The notes beneath the pieces were generated by a model. That model saw only the letters and a program-made list of their open reading frames with translations, was not told the DNA's origin and did not search any database. A program made the translations under genes and the position numbers. From Lytechinus pictus (Eukaryota): a stretch of DNA of 64,000 nt. Of this stretch, positions 39,863 to 50,912 are shown piece by piece (within the stretch, counting starts at the first letter, position 1; every line of letters begins with the position of its first letter). The stretch covers positions 27,902,001 through 27,966,000 of the forward strand of contig NC_087250.1 in the NCBI RefSeq assembly GCF_037042905.1, in the 5' to 3' direction.

Positions 39863-39895
39863 CATTGCTCGTATTGCCTGTTTATAGTGAAATAT

Positions 39896-40817
39896 TGTAG
39901 CCGAACCGACTTTCTCTCCTGACGAGCTGGTTCGTTTCGGCTGCAATATACAACCAGTTGGTGTAAAGTCCGTCTTTTTCACTTCAGACTCTTTGCTCCT
40001 TCTCAGTAACTTAGATTATATAGTAACTTATCTTATATTATGTATTTCAATTCAACATATCCGTTTTCTCAGTTATTCCAGTATATCAATATCTCCGTAA
40101 ATTCAGTATTTCGGTATCTCAGTAATTTCAGTACTTTCGGTATCCTCACTCTCCTCAGTATTAACAGAATCTCGGTAAAGTCGGTATTTTCCGTATTCCG
40201 GTAAAGTCAGTATTTTCCGTAATCACACTTCTTCTGGTCAGTATACGTACTTCAGCTCTTCCGACCATGTAGCTCCGTACATCAGAATAACGACAAGTAA
40301 GCAAGGCATTCAGTTTTTATAATTTTACTGAAGAAATCATGCTCATATCCTGTCGCAGCAGGTTCCATTGAAATTTGAAGAGAGTTTCGGCCAGAAACCT
40401 ACAGTATTACTGCCAAGCGTAACGCATGGCTCATAAACGAGCATAGAGCTCGATTTTGCTCCCTCATTTAGGAGGGAGATTGCCATGCGGTAGAATTTAA
40501 TCATCTTTTAAAACTAGTTAGAGTTATGAAATAAATCTATTCAACTACATAAAATGGTAATTGTCACTACTAATTATACCCGAACAGTGTTAAACAAATA
40601 AATATAAACATCTAACTTAATCAAACAGTTGTAAACATCGTTATTTCTCAGCAAATACTGCTTTCATATATTATTTTAGAGAAAATATCTACATAATCGA
40701 TTAAAAACAATTACTGAATTTCCCTTTGCAACTATATACATGGATTAAGAATTATTCTACGCTCTTGACCGTTCCAAAACCATGATGTACTTTAAATAAA
40801 CCTTTTATTTCGTTACA
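39896..40817. mobile_element. Probable solo LTR (922 bp) with 4-bp TSD (Gypsy-like)
   Basis: TGTA...TACA ends; ATAT at 39892-39895 and 40818-40821; no empty site available for confirmation. Confidence 0.6.
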
Positions 40818-40821
40818 ATAT

Positions 40822-41070
40822 ATTCAATTCAATTCAATTCAAATAAACATTTATTTTTTTCCATTTCAAACATTTTTCATATACATTAGTTCATACAAAA
40901 ATCAATTTGTTATAAAGAATATAAATATGTACATGTTTGATATAAAGAAGAAGGCGTATATGCCCTAAAAGCCGAGGCTTGTGGCGGGATATGCCTATAG
41001 ACAGAAATACAATTAAAAAAAACAATGCAAAAGAAAGGGCAGAGAAAAGAGAAGGAAAGGGAACTAGAGC
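40822..41070 (-). mobile_element. LINE 3'-UTR fragment with (ttgaa)n tail
   Basis: (attca)n followed by tttatt and a hairpin ggcgtat...atgcc, laid out like the LINE tails at 14499 and 54222. Confidence 0.5.
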
Positions 41071-41204
41071 TTAAATTGATGCGGGTGAATTAAAATACCC
41101 CGTTTTTACGATAATAGACAAAAACAATGTTTTCGAGTCTTAAGTCTGGTTAGCGAGATACATGTAGATATCCTGTTCAGGGTCACAAAAAGGGGTAATT
41201 ATCA

Positions 41205-43370
41205 AATTCAGCTCGCGCTACGCGCTCGCAATATTTCATCAATGAGGTATGCATCTTCTTCATCAATCCCAAATGTAAGTGTTAGTGTTTTTCAAGTCAG
41301 CATACATAGGCCGATCCAAGGGGCAAAAAAGGGATAAGAAACAGAAAAAAGAAGAGAAAAGGACAATCAATTATAATAGGAATTATACCTTAGTCCTTCT
41401 TAAGTCAGTATATAAAAAGTTGAGCTTGCGCTTCGCGCTGGCATCAATAAATTGTTAATTTACATACGCATCCCGACCTCACAGTTTTTTTATGCGAACG
41501 AGAAGCACAAGCTGAAAATATTTGATATTCTAACCTGACAACTGAAAATGTATTTCTCGTTTCATCATTATAAAAGTTTTCAGCTAGCGCTTCGCGCTCG
41601 CATTCATTTCTTAATATAAATGCATCGTGTTCATCATAACAACTATACTAACCTAGGCGGATCCAGGGGCCCCGAGGCCCCCTCCCCCTATTGGCGGAGC
41701 AAATAAATTGGGAGAACGGGGAAAGAAAGAAAAAAAGAAGACGAAACATAAAAGGAGGAAGACGAGTATATAAGATTATTTAAATATATCTTTTCAGGTG
41801 TCTCAATTCTAAAAAAAAATAAAGGTCAATGCTAACACTGTGCTCTCGCATTTTGGTGAGTTATGTACACCTTATATATTAATTCTATAACAAACTACTT
41901 AAATCCCCACCCCCCCCCCCATTTCAAATTTTCGGATCGCGATTTGCTGTCGCGTTATTTGCTAAAAATATATCAACCAATGAATCATATTCATGATCAC
42001 AAAAATACTTAAAATTTCCAGTTTCCAGGCGTCATACACTGTCAACAAATTTCACACATTCATTAGGCTTATTAGATTAATAAATATGAAATAAAATTGT
42101 TATGAATTCATAACTAAGTTGTCCCTTTTTCATAAATAAATATCGACACGTTTTAGGAAAATAATTGAAGATAGTCATCATTCTTTTATGATGACAAAAT
42201 ATCATCAGGCCTAAAACGTCTCGATCCGGGTTAAAATAATAATAAAATATCAGCTCACGCTTCGCGCTCGCATCATTCATTTAGTGCTATCCACATAGTT
42301 CTTAAATTGACTCATTTCATATCGGAATTTCAAATATTATTTTCAGCTCGCGCTTTGCACTCGCATTATTGATTTTCATGATGAAAAATGAAATGTATTC
42401 AGTATGCAGGTTCTGAGATACACAGCTTGATCTTATTCAAAACGTACTAAAATTATCAAGTTTCAGATCAGAATATCACAAATTTTCTGCTCGCGCTTTG
42501 CGCTCGCATTATGAAGATACCAAAATTACCCATCCTTTTTCATGATTTACAAAACATGATTCGAGTGTCCCGTTGGGGGTTTAAAATCTCATCTTTTTAG
42601 GTTGAAATATCAAATATGTTCAGCTCGCGCTTCGCGCTCGCATTATGTAATCGTTGAAATATGTATCGTCTAAATGGCTAACTGCAAAACGTCCTTAACA
42701 GGTCCCTTTTCGACTAGGCCAGGATGCATATTTAACACTTCTGGTCGCGCTTTGCGTTCATGGCAATTATCTAGTTACATAACGCGTTCTGTTCAGGTAC
42801 ACAAATATTGCCAAGAATTTTTCAATTTTCAGGACAAAATACATGAAATTTCCTTTTTTTAGCTTGCATAGGGCTTATAGATTATTACACATTTATGTTG
42901 TTTACATAGTAAAGCGAGGAAATGACTGTTAGGACATGGAGGTTTTGCCCCCCCCAAAAAAAAAAAAAAAAGAATCACGACCAAGAAAAAAAAGGGAGAA
43001 AGGTAAAGGGATTAGGATGAAATATATTATTTTCCAAATATTATGTCAAAATCTATCAAAACCTTGTATTTTTGTAATAAAAATGTCAGCAAATTTGTTT
43101 GCTCACTTCGCTCACTGGAAACTTCTTATTACTTTTATGCGATACGCCATATCGAGCCCCCTCAAAATTGTTGGCTCATTACGCCAATGGAACAACCCCT
43201 TCAAAGAAACCAAACAAAAAAGTCAACATTGAGCGGCCGATCGGGGAAAATATGGGTGAAAAAATCGCCCCCCCTCCTTATTTGCGGAAGCTGGGTCCGC
43301 CCCCGGAATTAGGTTTTCAGGATAAAATACATGAAAAATAAAAAAAATTAGATCGCGCTTCGCGTTCTCA
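41205..43370 (+). repeat. Dispersed CpG-rich motif cluster / degraded MITE fragments
   Basis: More than ten copies of cagctcgcgcttcgcgctcgcatt, the motif also found inside the hAT-type MITEs. Confidence 0.7.
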
Positions 43371-43987
43371 TTATTTATTTAGGCCTTGTGAAATACCTCA
43401 ATGTATTTTTAAAAATAAAATCTCAGATATTCTTTAACTTCTACCGCCCCCCTCATTTTATTTATTTTTTAATCTTGGTGCCCTCTACAAAAGTTCAACA
43501 AGACCACCCCCACCTCCCGTGCACCCATGCTGAATAAATACGCCATAAATGAGGAGTATGATTCGATTGCTTCGAGATTGCATTATTCCCAAGAAGTTAT
43601 CATGAATATTATTGAAGGCTATTCTAAAACAACTAGTAAAGAAATTACAGCTCCAGTTCACACAATATTCTAGTAGGGCCTACTCTGGTGAGAAGTTTAA
43701 CCAAATTGAACCCCCCCCAAAAAAAATCGCTGACGCTTCGCGCTCCCACTGATATTTCATTATACATGTATATTCATGGATTTTTTTTTTCAAGAACACA
43801 TGAAAAGAGTGGTCTTTAATTGCCTTTTTAATGTGATTATAAGATAATTCTGAATCCATTTAAGGTACTTAAGTTAGCCTGGCTGGGAGGGAATGGGCGC
43901 CATTTTTCGAAAAGTACACATGGGCGCCAAGAATCAGGTCAAATCTGCCCCCCCCCCCCTTCTCACGAAATCCTGGATCCGCGTCTT

Positions 43988-44615
43988 GGTTCTATAACAA
44001 CCCAATTAGGGCAATCATCCCCTGACAACTACTTGAAGGAAAATACCACCCACGGAAATTTACCCTCCAGACAATTACCCCGGATTATTACCCTTAGTAC
44101 GGAGCCTTTGAAATACCATCGAGGTGACGACATGGCGTGATACTTTATCTTGCCATGTATAATTAATAAGCTTATTATTTCGACATGGCGATATATTCTA
44201 TCTTGTCAAGTCGATATATCGACATGGCGAGATATGAAGTGTACAAGTCCCGGCGAGAATCCCGATATATTGCCATGTTGACATATAACTTGTTACAAGT
44301 CGACTTGGCAAGATAAAATATCTCACCATGTTGACGTATAACTTTTTATATGTGGACTTGGCAGGATAACATATCTTGCCATGCGGAAATAATAAGCTTA
44401 TTTAGTCGACATGGCAAGATAAAGTATCTCGCCATGTCGTCAAGTCAATGGCATTTGAAAGGCTCCGTACTAGGGGTAATTGGCGTCTAGAGGATAAATT
44501 TTCGGGGGGGGGGGGGGTAACAGTCCCCGATGTTAGAAATATGGGGATAATATTTTCCTTGAAGTCCATGTAGTTGTCAGGAGGCGATTGTCCTTTGGGT
44601 CATCGTTATAGAACC
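43988..44615. mobile_element. Small foldback MITE hosting the 44098-44469 element
   Basis: ggttctataac...gttatagaacc ends; cctgacaactac / gtagttgtcagg inverted. Confidence 0.65.
44098..44469. mobile_element. TAC..GTA-ended MITE resembling the ends of the giant palindrome
   Basis: tacggagccttt...aaaggctccgta; internal gtcgac and atggcgagata motifs like the 53-bp units; no clean TSD. Confidence 0.7.
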
Positions 44616-45497
44616 CCATGGACTCGTATCATTTACCTTTTGACCCGTCTTGATGACATTGGATCTCACTATATCCTGATCATAATTTTACACACACCGC
44701 GGACTATCGGACCCGCGGACAATCGGACCCGCGGTCTATCGGACCCGCGGTCTATCGGACCCGCGGACTATCGGACCCGCGGTCTATCGGGCTGTAACCG
44801 ATATTTCGATCTGTCAGAGAACAAAAGTCGATTTCTTGATATGGTTTTTAATTGATTTCTTAATATAGTTTACTTCTGGCAAATGGAGATATGTGTGTGT
44901 GGGGGGTCCACAGAACCGTAGTGCCCCCTCTTATATCGTTTCGACCTTAGGCCGGCAATCAACTCACTACAGATACCAGGATTTCATTTATTTGTTTACT
45001 CAGTACTCTGCTGAAGTAAAATCAAATAATATAATGTCTTTTGTGGCCAAGCATGCAAAAATCTGATTCGGCCCTATGGCTGGTTTTTGTGCAGTTACAA
45101 GACGCATAAAAGCTCGAAACTTGATAGCCTGGAGCGAAGAGACCGATCGCTCGTGGGGCCCTCTTGTATTTTAGGGAGAGATTGAGGATTTAGGGCAAAT
45201 TATTGGGCCTTTATTTAATTTTCAGCAGCATTCACCTCACCTGAGTTGATCGAGTTCAGCACAGTGCGGGTAAATTTCTTGCTGAAAAAACAAAGAGGGC
45301 ATCAGGTTGTTCGTGGACCCACATCCCCGTTTGCCAACACCAAAAATGTACTTTGTAATGTTTGTATAATGCTACAACAATCTAAGCCATGTACGGCCAT
45401 GCTTAACTATAGTTGGTCTGGATTGGTTTTGACTGAAGCAATATGTTTTGGTTTTGATTTGTTTCTTTCTACAAGTAACCCAGATTAACAGGAAGAC

Positions 45498-45774
45498 ATG
45501 GATGATTTTGATGAACTTTTGATCAAAGTTGCCAAACGAGTCCAACAAAACTCGGAAATCGAAAGATTAGGAAAAAAACTTGAATTCCCTCCAGAAGATG
45601 TTCAACGTTACATAGCAACTAATCACAAAACACATATCATTACTTGGGATGGAACTCTTCAGATGCTCCGGGATTGGCGTAAAGGTCAAGAAATTGCTAA
45701 AGAGAGAGATAATTTGAAGACTGCTCTGAAGAAAGCAGATCAAACTCGTCTTGCTGAGGAACTCTTTCCTTCAA
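45498..45774 (+). CDS. Coding exon 1: DEATH-fold domain of a DEATH-B-box-coiled-coil-propeller protein
   Basis: MDDFDELLIKVAKRV...IERLGKKLEF...DVQRY...GTLQMLRDWR...LKTALKKADQTRLAEELF fits a six-helix death-domain pattern; gacATGG start; donor A|GTAAGA after 45774 (phase 1). Confidence 0.8.
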
Positions 45775-46893
45775 GTAAGATAAAGAAAGAAATATTGAAA
45801 CTGTTAAAAATCTCATTTATTAGGAAGAAGCATCAAGGTTTTTTTCTTCTGACAATGCATTACATGTTTCATACTATTACACCATGCTTATTATTTTGTT
45901 GTTTTTGATACTTTAGTAATTGTCTCTCTTTACTACTCAATAACGATAATGATGAAAATAATAATAACAGTCAAAGTACTAATAATAAAAAAATAATGAT
46001 AATAATATAAATGATAATATCGAAAATAATAATAAAAGTACTGATGATAATAATAATAATAACAATACACAAAATAGTCATAACAATAATAATAATAAAA
46101 GTAATACAACTAAAAACCATATTTTTTAGATAGTGAAATACATTACGAATGCAGTTGTTTTTTTTAAAGCAGTTTCCCCACAATACTTTTTGAAGGGTGC
46201 TCAGGAGGAAAATAATCATATTTATATCAAAAGAATAAAATTACCGAGCATACGGTTGGAAATTACATTCGAGTCTGAGATCAAATAACGACATTATTGA
46301 ATTTTGAAATTTAGCAATATTTTATTTGGGGGGGAACAGATTAATGCACGTGTAAATGAAGATTATCTTTTAAATTCAATAAGTTTTGTTAACCCAATTA
46401 CTTTTAATTTTGGTGGATAATGGAGAAAAATATTATGGCTTATGAAAAAAAATAATAAGTGGGATATACGATTCCTGATTATGCACATGATTCATGAAGA
46501 CATGCTGATATCACTGTTTCACTGAAATCATGTAGATTTTAAAAATATCATAACTTTGAGGATTTTTTTAAATGTAATTCTGCATATGTTTTATGCCTGG
46601 GACACCCTTCAGGAAAAAAAGCACCAATACTCCCAGGTAACGAGGACCATTTTTTAAACACATGTCGTTTAATAGTCCTTGTCAATTTGGTTCCCATTAA
46701 AAAGAAAATGTGAATATATCTTTCCTGAATCCGAGGGAATTTACATTGACAGGAATCCTGCAGTGAATGTTAATCATATGAAATTATTTAGAGTAAACAT
46801 TTTGCAATCAAACACCATTAGTAATAGCGTATAGCGATAAAATAGAGGAAAGTCGTCCATCATTTCGTTGTCATTATCTCATACACGATGCAG

Positions 46894-48542
46894 GTTGCTC
46901 TTTGCCGGCTTCCCAACCTGAAAGAGATGACGAACTCGAGGTCAAAGGTGACAGCGTGAATTTATCATGTGATCAGGACAATGAGCCAATAGAATTCTTT
47001 TGCAATACACATCACATTCCCATTTGTCGTCAATGCAATGCCAAAGATCACCTGAAAGCGTGTCAGATTGAAAGCATCAATGATGTCATCCGTGAGAGAA
47101 GACACAAAGTTGATGAGAAAAGGCAGAAAATACAAGAACTTAAGAATCAATGGGAAACACTCGACGCGAAAAAGTTCGCCATAACGTCGGAAAATACAAA
47201 GTTTCAGACAATTTATGACAATATTAAAGCATCATATCGCAACAATATCAAATGTGTTGATGAAAAGGAGAACAGGATGATTAGGGTTATTAACGAGGAG
47301 GCAGATGAGGAAATAAGACTAGTAAATGAGATGAGAGAAAAACGGATTAAGGATTGCAACACCGACAGAGAAAATGAGCGAAAAATCATCAAAGACAAAG
47401 AAGCAGAACTTTTATCAGATGTAAATAAAATCAGCGAAGTCGTTTCTAGGAAGATCAAAGACATTACAAATAAGATTAATCAAGCAATGAACGCTATTAA
47501 GATTATCGAATCGACCATCGCGTGTATAAACCAAGATGATAAAAAATTGGTGAATGAATCTCCTAAAGTACTTGCATCTATTGATGAAAATTTAAGTTTG
47601 AATGTTCATCAAGATGTTAGCGACTGTCTTGACCGAATACAGAATGAAGTTGAGAGAATGAAGTTTGTAGAGGGGGAAGTAGGTGGAGAATACTATGGTA
47701 GAATTGAAGGGTATATCGGTAAATGGGAATTTGTCAAGACAATCCACATTCCATCGGTTGTTAATAACCCGTGTGTGCGTGGTTTAGTAAGTGATGATGA
47801 GATATGTGTTCAGGGCGCAGATAACAAAGACATGTATATTACAAACATCAACACTCTACACACAGAGAAAGTCATTGATGGAGGTGTGTGGATTACATCA
47901 TGTGCGCCCATAGACAGTAACGTAATAGTATGTGGTAAGATGAGATTGGATTGCATTGGTGACATGCTTGGATGCATCACTCTCTATGACAGACAATGGA
48001 AGGTGATTAGAGACATCGGCATACCAAGGAATAGATACGATACTGATAGTGTGTATGTTGATGTTGACAGGGATGGGATGATCCTCGCTGCTCAGTACTA
48101 TCAGTCTAATATCTACGTCATCAATCCTGCTGATGATAAGATAGTAAACACTATTACGATGCAGGGTAAGAAGGTGATGGATGAGATACAAGCCTTGTCA
48201 TCAGGTGATATCGTTGTGAAGACAGATATTAATGAATTCACTGTTATCTCACGATCAGGAGAAGAGAAGGCTGTCATACACAGTGATGAGTGTTACAGGT
48301 CAGAGTGTCGCGTTGACAAACTGACAGACACACTCTACATCACGTACTGGGATGGAGCGCGTAAGACCTACGCAGTTGATCAGGTGTCACGTGATGGTAT
48401 TATCCAGGCAAGGAAGATCGTGAAATACGTGAAGTCAGGTCGCTCTCTGTCCACGCGCCCTTGTCATGTTTCTCCTTCTGGTAACCTCGTAAGATGTGAT
48501 GGAAACAAACTTCATCTTTACAAGAAGACATTCATCATGTAA
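46894..48542 (+). CDS. Coding exon 2: B-box-like zinc finger, coiled coil and beta-propeller-like domain (RING-less TRIM-like)
   Basis: Acceptor tgcag| at 46893; a phase-1 join puts it in frame with ORF 46902-48542; open to TAA; colinear with 2282-3936. Confidence 0.88.
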
Positions 48543-48601
48543 ATCATCAAGTATGATTCAAAAAAATATATATTGATGAGATACCTATTTTCAGCTTCAA
48601 T

Positions 48602-49155
48602 CCCGGAGGGGCCACTTACATTGACGAGTGGATACCATGCGCGACCCAAAAAACACGTAAAAAGGATGTCTTTTTCACGATACGGCACGTTACGTACGTA
48701 ACGTGATAAGGGTGTCAAAACCCCCAAAATAATGAAAAAAGGGTATCTATTTCGCTAGAAAAATAACGTGTTTAGGGTCAAATTTGCAAGTATGATAAAA
48801 CAAAATTAAAATGTTTTATAAAGGATGTCTTTTTTGCCCCAACACTTCGTGTTTAGGGTCCGATTTGCCCGAGGTGTAGAAGGTGGGGTCGTACTATACC
48901 AAAAGCCGACGACCGAAGGACCCGTAAAAATAAAATATTCCTGTACTTGTTTAGGGTAACGTTCATTTCAGGGAATATTTGCCAAGAGTATAGTTTTGTT
49001 TCCAATACTTGTGAAGGGTAGGGTTTCACACGCCAATACTTGTTAAGGGGTGCATTTTCAGAATATGGAAATTACGTGTTTAGGGTGCTTTTCGAGACCC
49101 CATGGTCGCGCATGGTATCCACTCGTGAATGGAAGTGCCCCCCCCCCCCCCCGGG
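48602..49155. mobile_element. CCCGG..CCGGG-ended MITE just 3' of gene copy 2, absent from copy 1
   Basis: cccggaggggccactt..acgagtggataccatgcgcgacc inverted to ggtcgcgcatggtatccactcgt..aagtgccccc..ccggg; flanked by CTTCAAT direct repeat. Confidence 0.8.
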
Positions 49156-49513
49156 CTTCAATGTCATTTTAATTGACGTCCCCCAACATGATTACATTCA
49201 TAATGCGCGTGTTGACGGTGTGAATGTTGTATCAATATACAGGTGCAATGTATTGCGGTGTTGCAAGAAACTTGCCATCGATTGCAGGTCAGTTTTAGGT
49301 TCCAAAACTGAAAATCGTGCATTTCATTGAAAATTTGCAACTGATTGATGGTCAGCTTATGTTATAAACAAATATACATGTAAATGATTTGGTTTAGTTA
49401 AAATTGATCTATCAATTGCTAAATTTGCAATTGATCGCAAATATTTTATTGTGTCTTACAAAATGCAGTGAATAATATTTAGCCGTCTAGATTAATATTT
49501 TTATTCAAATGTA

Positions 49514-50230
49514 TCCCAGCCATGGCGTTATTTCCTTCAGCAAGAAACTGATCCACAATGTGCTGCACTCAACCCAGGTGAGGTAAATGGGTACCGGTAG
49601 GAACTAATTCCTTAAAAAAGCTGTGTGCGCTATGAACGCCTAGCTTAGTCGGGTAATATAGGAGCGCCTTGAGCACCTACCAAGGTGGATATAATGATAA
49701 TAATAATAATGGCTATTTATCTGCGCTATACACAAAAGTATCACAACGCTTACAATCAGAAATAAAGTATAAATGTTAAGTAACAAAAAAATAAAAAAAG
49801 AGTGTAGAATTATATACATTAAATTGCATCAACTATCGGTGTTCTCAACTGTGCCAGATAAGGCCTGGTGGCCTCTTGCTTGCTGCTTCGTTCCCCAACA
49901 ATTTAAGGGACAAGCCCGGTCAGCACATCATTCACAGAAGCTCTATAGTATAGCACTTGAGGCCACCAGGCCCCAGATGGGTTAGCCAAGTCAAACCAAA
50001 TAGTGATAGCAAAAATCATCAAAACAAATATACATTAAATAAATGAAAATATAAAACTAGATATTTGGAAAAAGATATGACTTGAGTTGTCGTTTGAAAG
50101 ATGATATGGTCGGTGTTGTTCGGATAGAAGAGGGGAGTGTATTCCAAAGTCTAGATCCAGCTACACTAAAACGTTTATCTGATATGTGCGCAATATAAAT
50201 ACCCTATATTATTATTATTATTATTATTAT
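49514..50230 (+). mobile_element. 5'-truncated tRNA-derived SINE interrupted by an L2 fragment
   Basis: Body matches SINE 56114 (gccatggc..ttccttca.caagaaa..gcactc.acccaggtgag); resumes after 50185 and ends in (tta)n; absent from copy 1. Confidence 0.7.
49693..50180 (-). mobile_element. L2-type LINE 3' fragment with GATAT TSD
   Basis: Minus-strand translation DKRFSVAGSRLWNTLPSSIRTTPTISSFKRQLKSYLF; (att)n tail; GATAT at 49688-49692 and 50181-50185. Confidence 0.8.
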
Positions 50231-50572
50231 AGTGTACTCGTAATAATAAAATGGTTAACCAATTGCCTACTTTAATCCCTGTAGACGGTCTATGGGAATG
50301 GCTGAACCCAGCATATGACGAGTTAATTACCAACTTGTGTTAGCTGAACCCGATCATTTACCAAACGCTATTTCGTTCAATGTTATTCGTTGTTATGCTA
50401 ACAGTGATCATTTTATACCGGGATTAAATTTGCTTTTAACTTCATTGGGTCTTTAAATCCAATTTATCCATCAGGTTGATTTTATTTTTCATTCTGTTGC
50501 AAAAAAGGTGAAGTAATATAAGATTGTATTAAAAGGAGAGGGGAAAAGTGATGTGAAGTACAAGTAAGTGTA

Positions 50573-50912
50573 GGAACCGTGGCATAGTGGTTCTGACTAT
50601 CACCTTGTAAACAGAGGGTCGTGTGATCGAATCCCAACGAGGTCTGGCGTCATAAAGGCGTTAATCCACACTTTGCCACTCTCGACCCAGGTGACCCGGT
50701 AGGATGTGAAAGTCATTGCAGCTTGTCCACTACTGTGTGCGCCTCACCGGCAACTGACTGGAATACTCCCCAGGGAGTGGATGATGTGCTCACATTGTGT
50801 GCGGGAATGACTGATTGAATGCGATGACCGGGGTAGTATTATATCTGTAAATTGCTCAGACACACCGTTCTAATGAATTAAGCGTTATATAAAAGCGGAT
50901 TATCATCATTAT
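50573..50912 (+). mobile_element. tRNA-derived SINE (paralog of 4735-5090)
   Basis: tggcatagtgg A box, gatcgaatccc B-box-like motif; same position within the duplicated flank. Confidence 0.75.

Larger units (their letters stand above)
38509..44799. mobile_element. 6.3-kb GG..CC-ended non-autonomous DNA transposon, ~160-bp TIRs with 15-bp repeats, 8-bp TSD (MULE- or Merlin-like, unresolved)
   Basis: ggggacatcccgatag... / ...ctatcgggctgtaacc; (ccgatagtccgcgggt-type)n in both TIRs; GATATTTC at 38501-38508 and 44800-44807; empty site gatattccgatctgtc in copy A (~12740). Confidence 0.88.

Noticed and set aside
45775..45908. C-terminal part of ORF 45498-45908
   Set aside because: Read-through into the intron beyond the GTAAGA donor.
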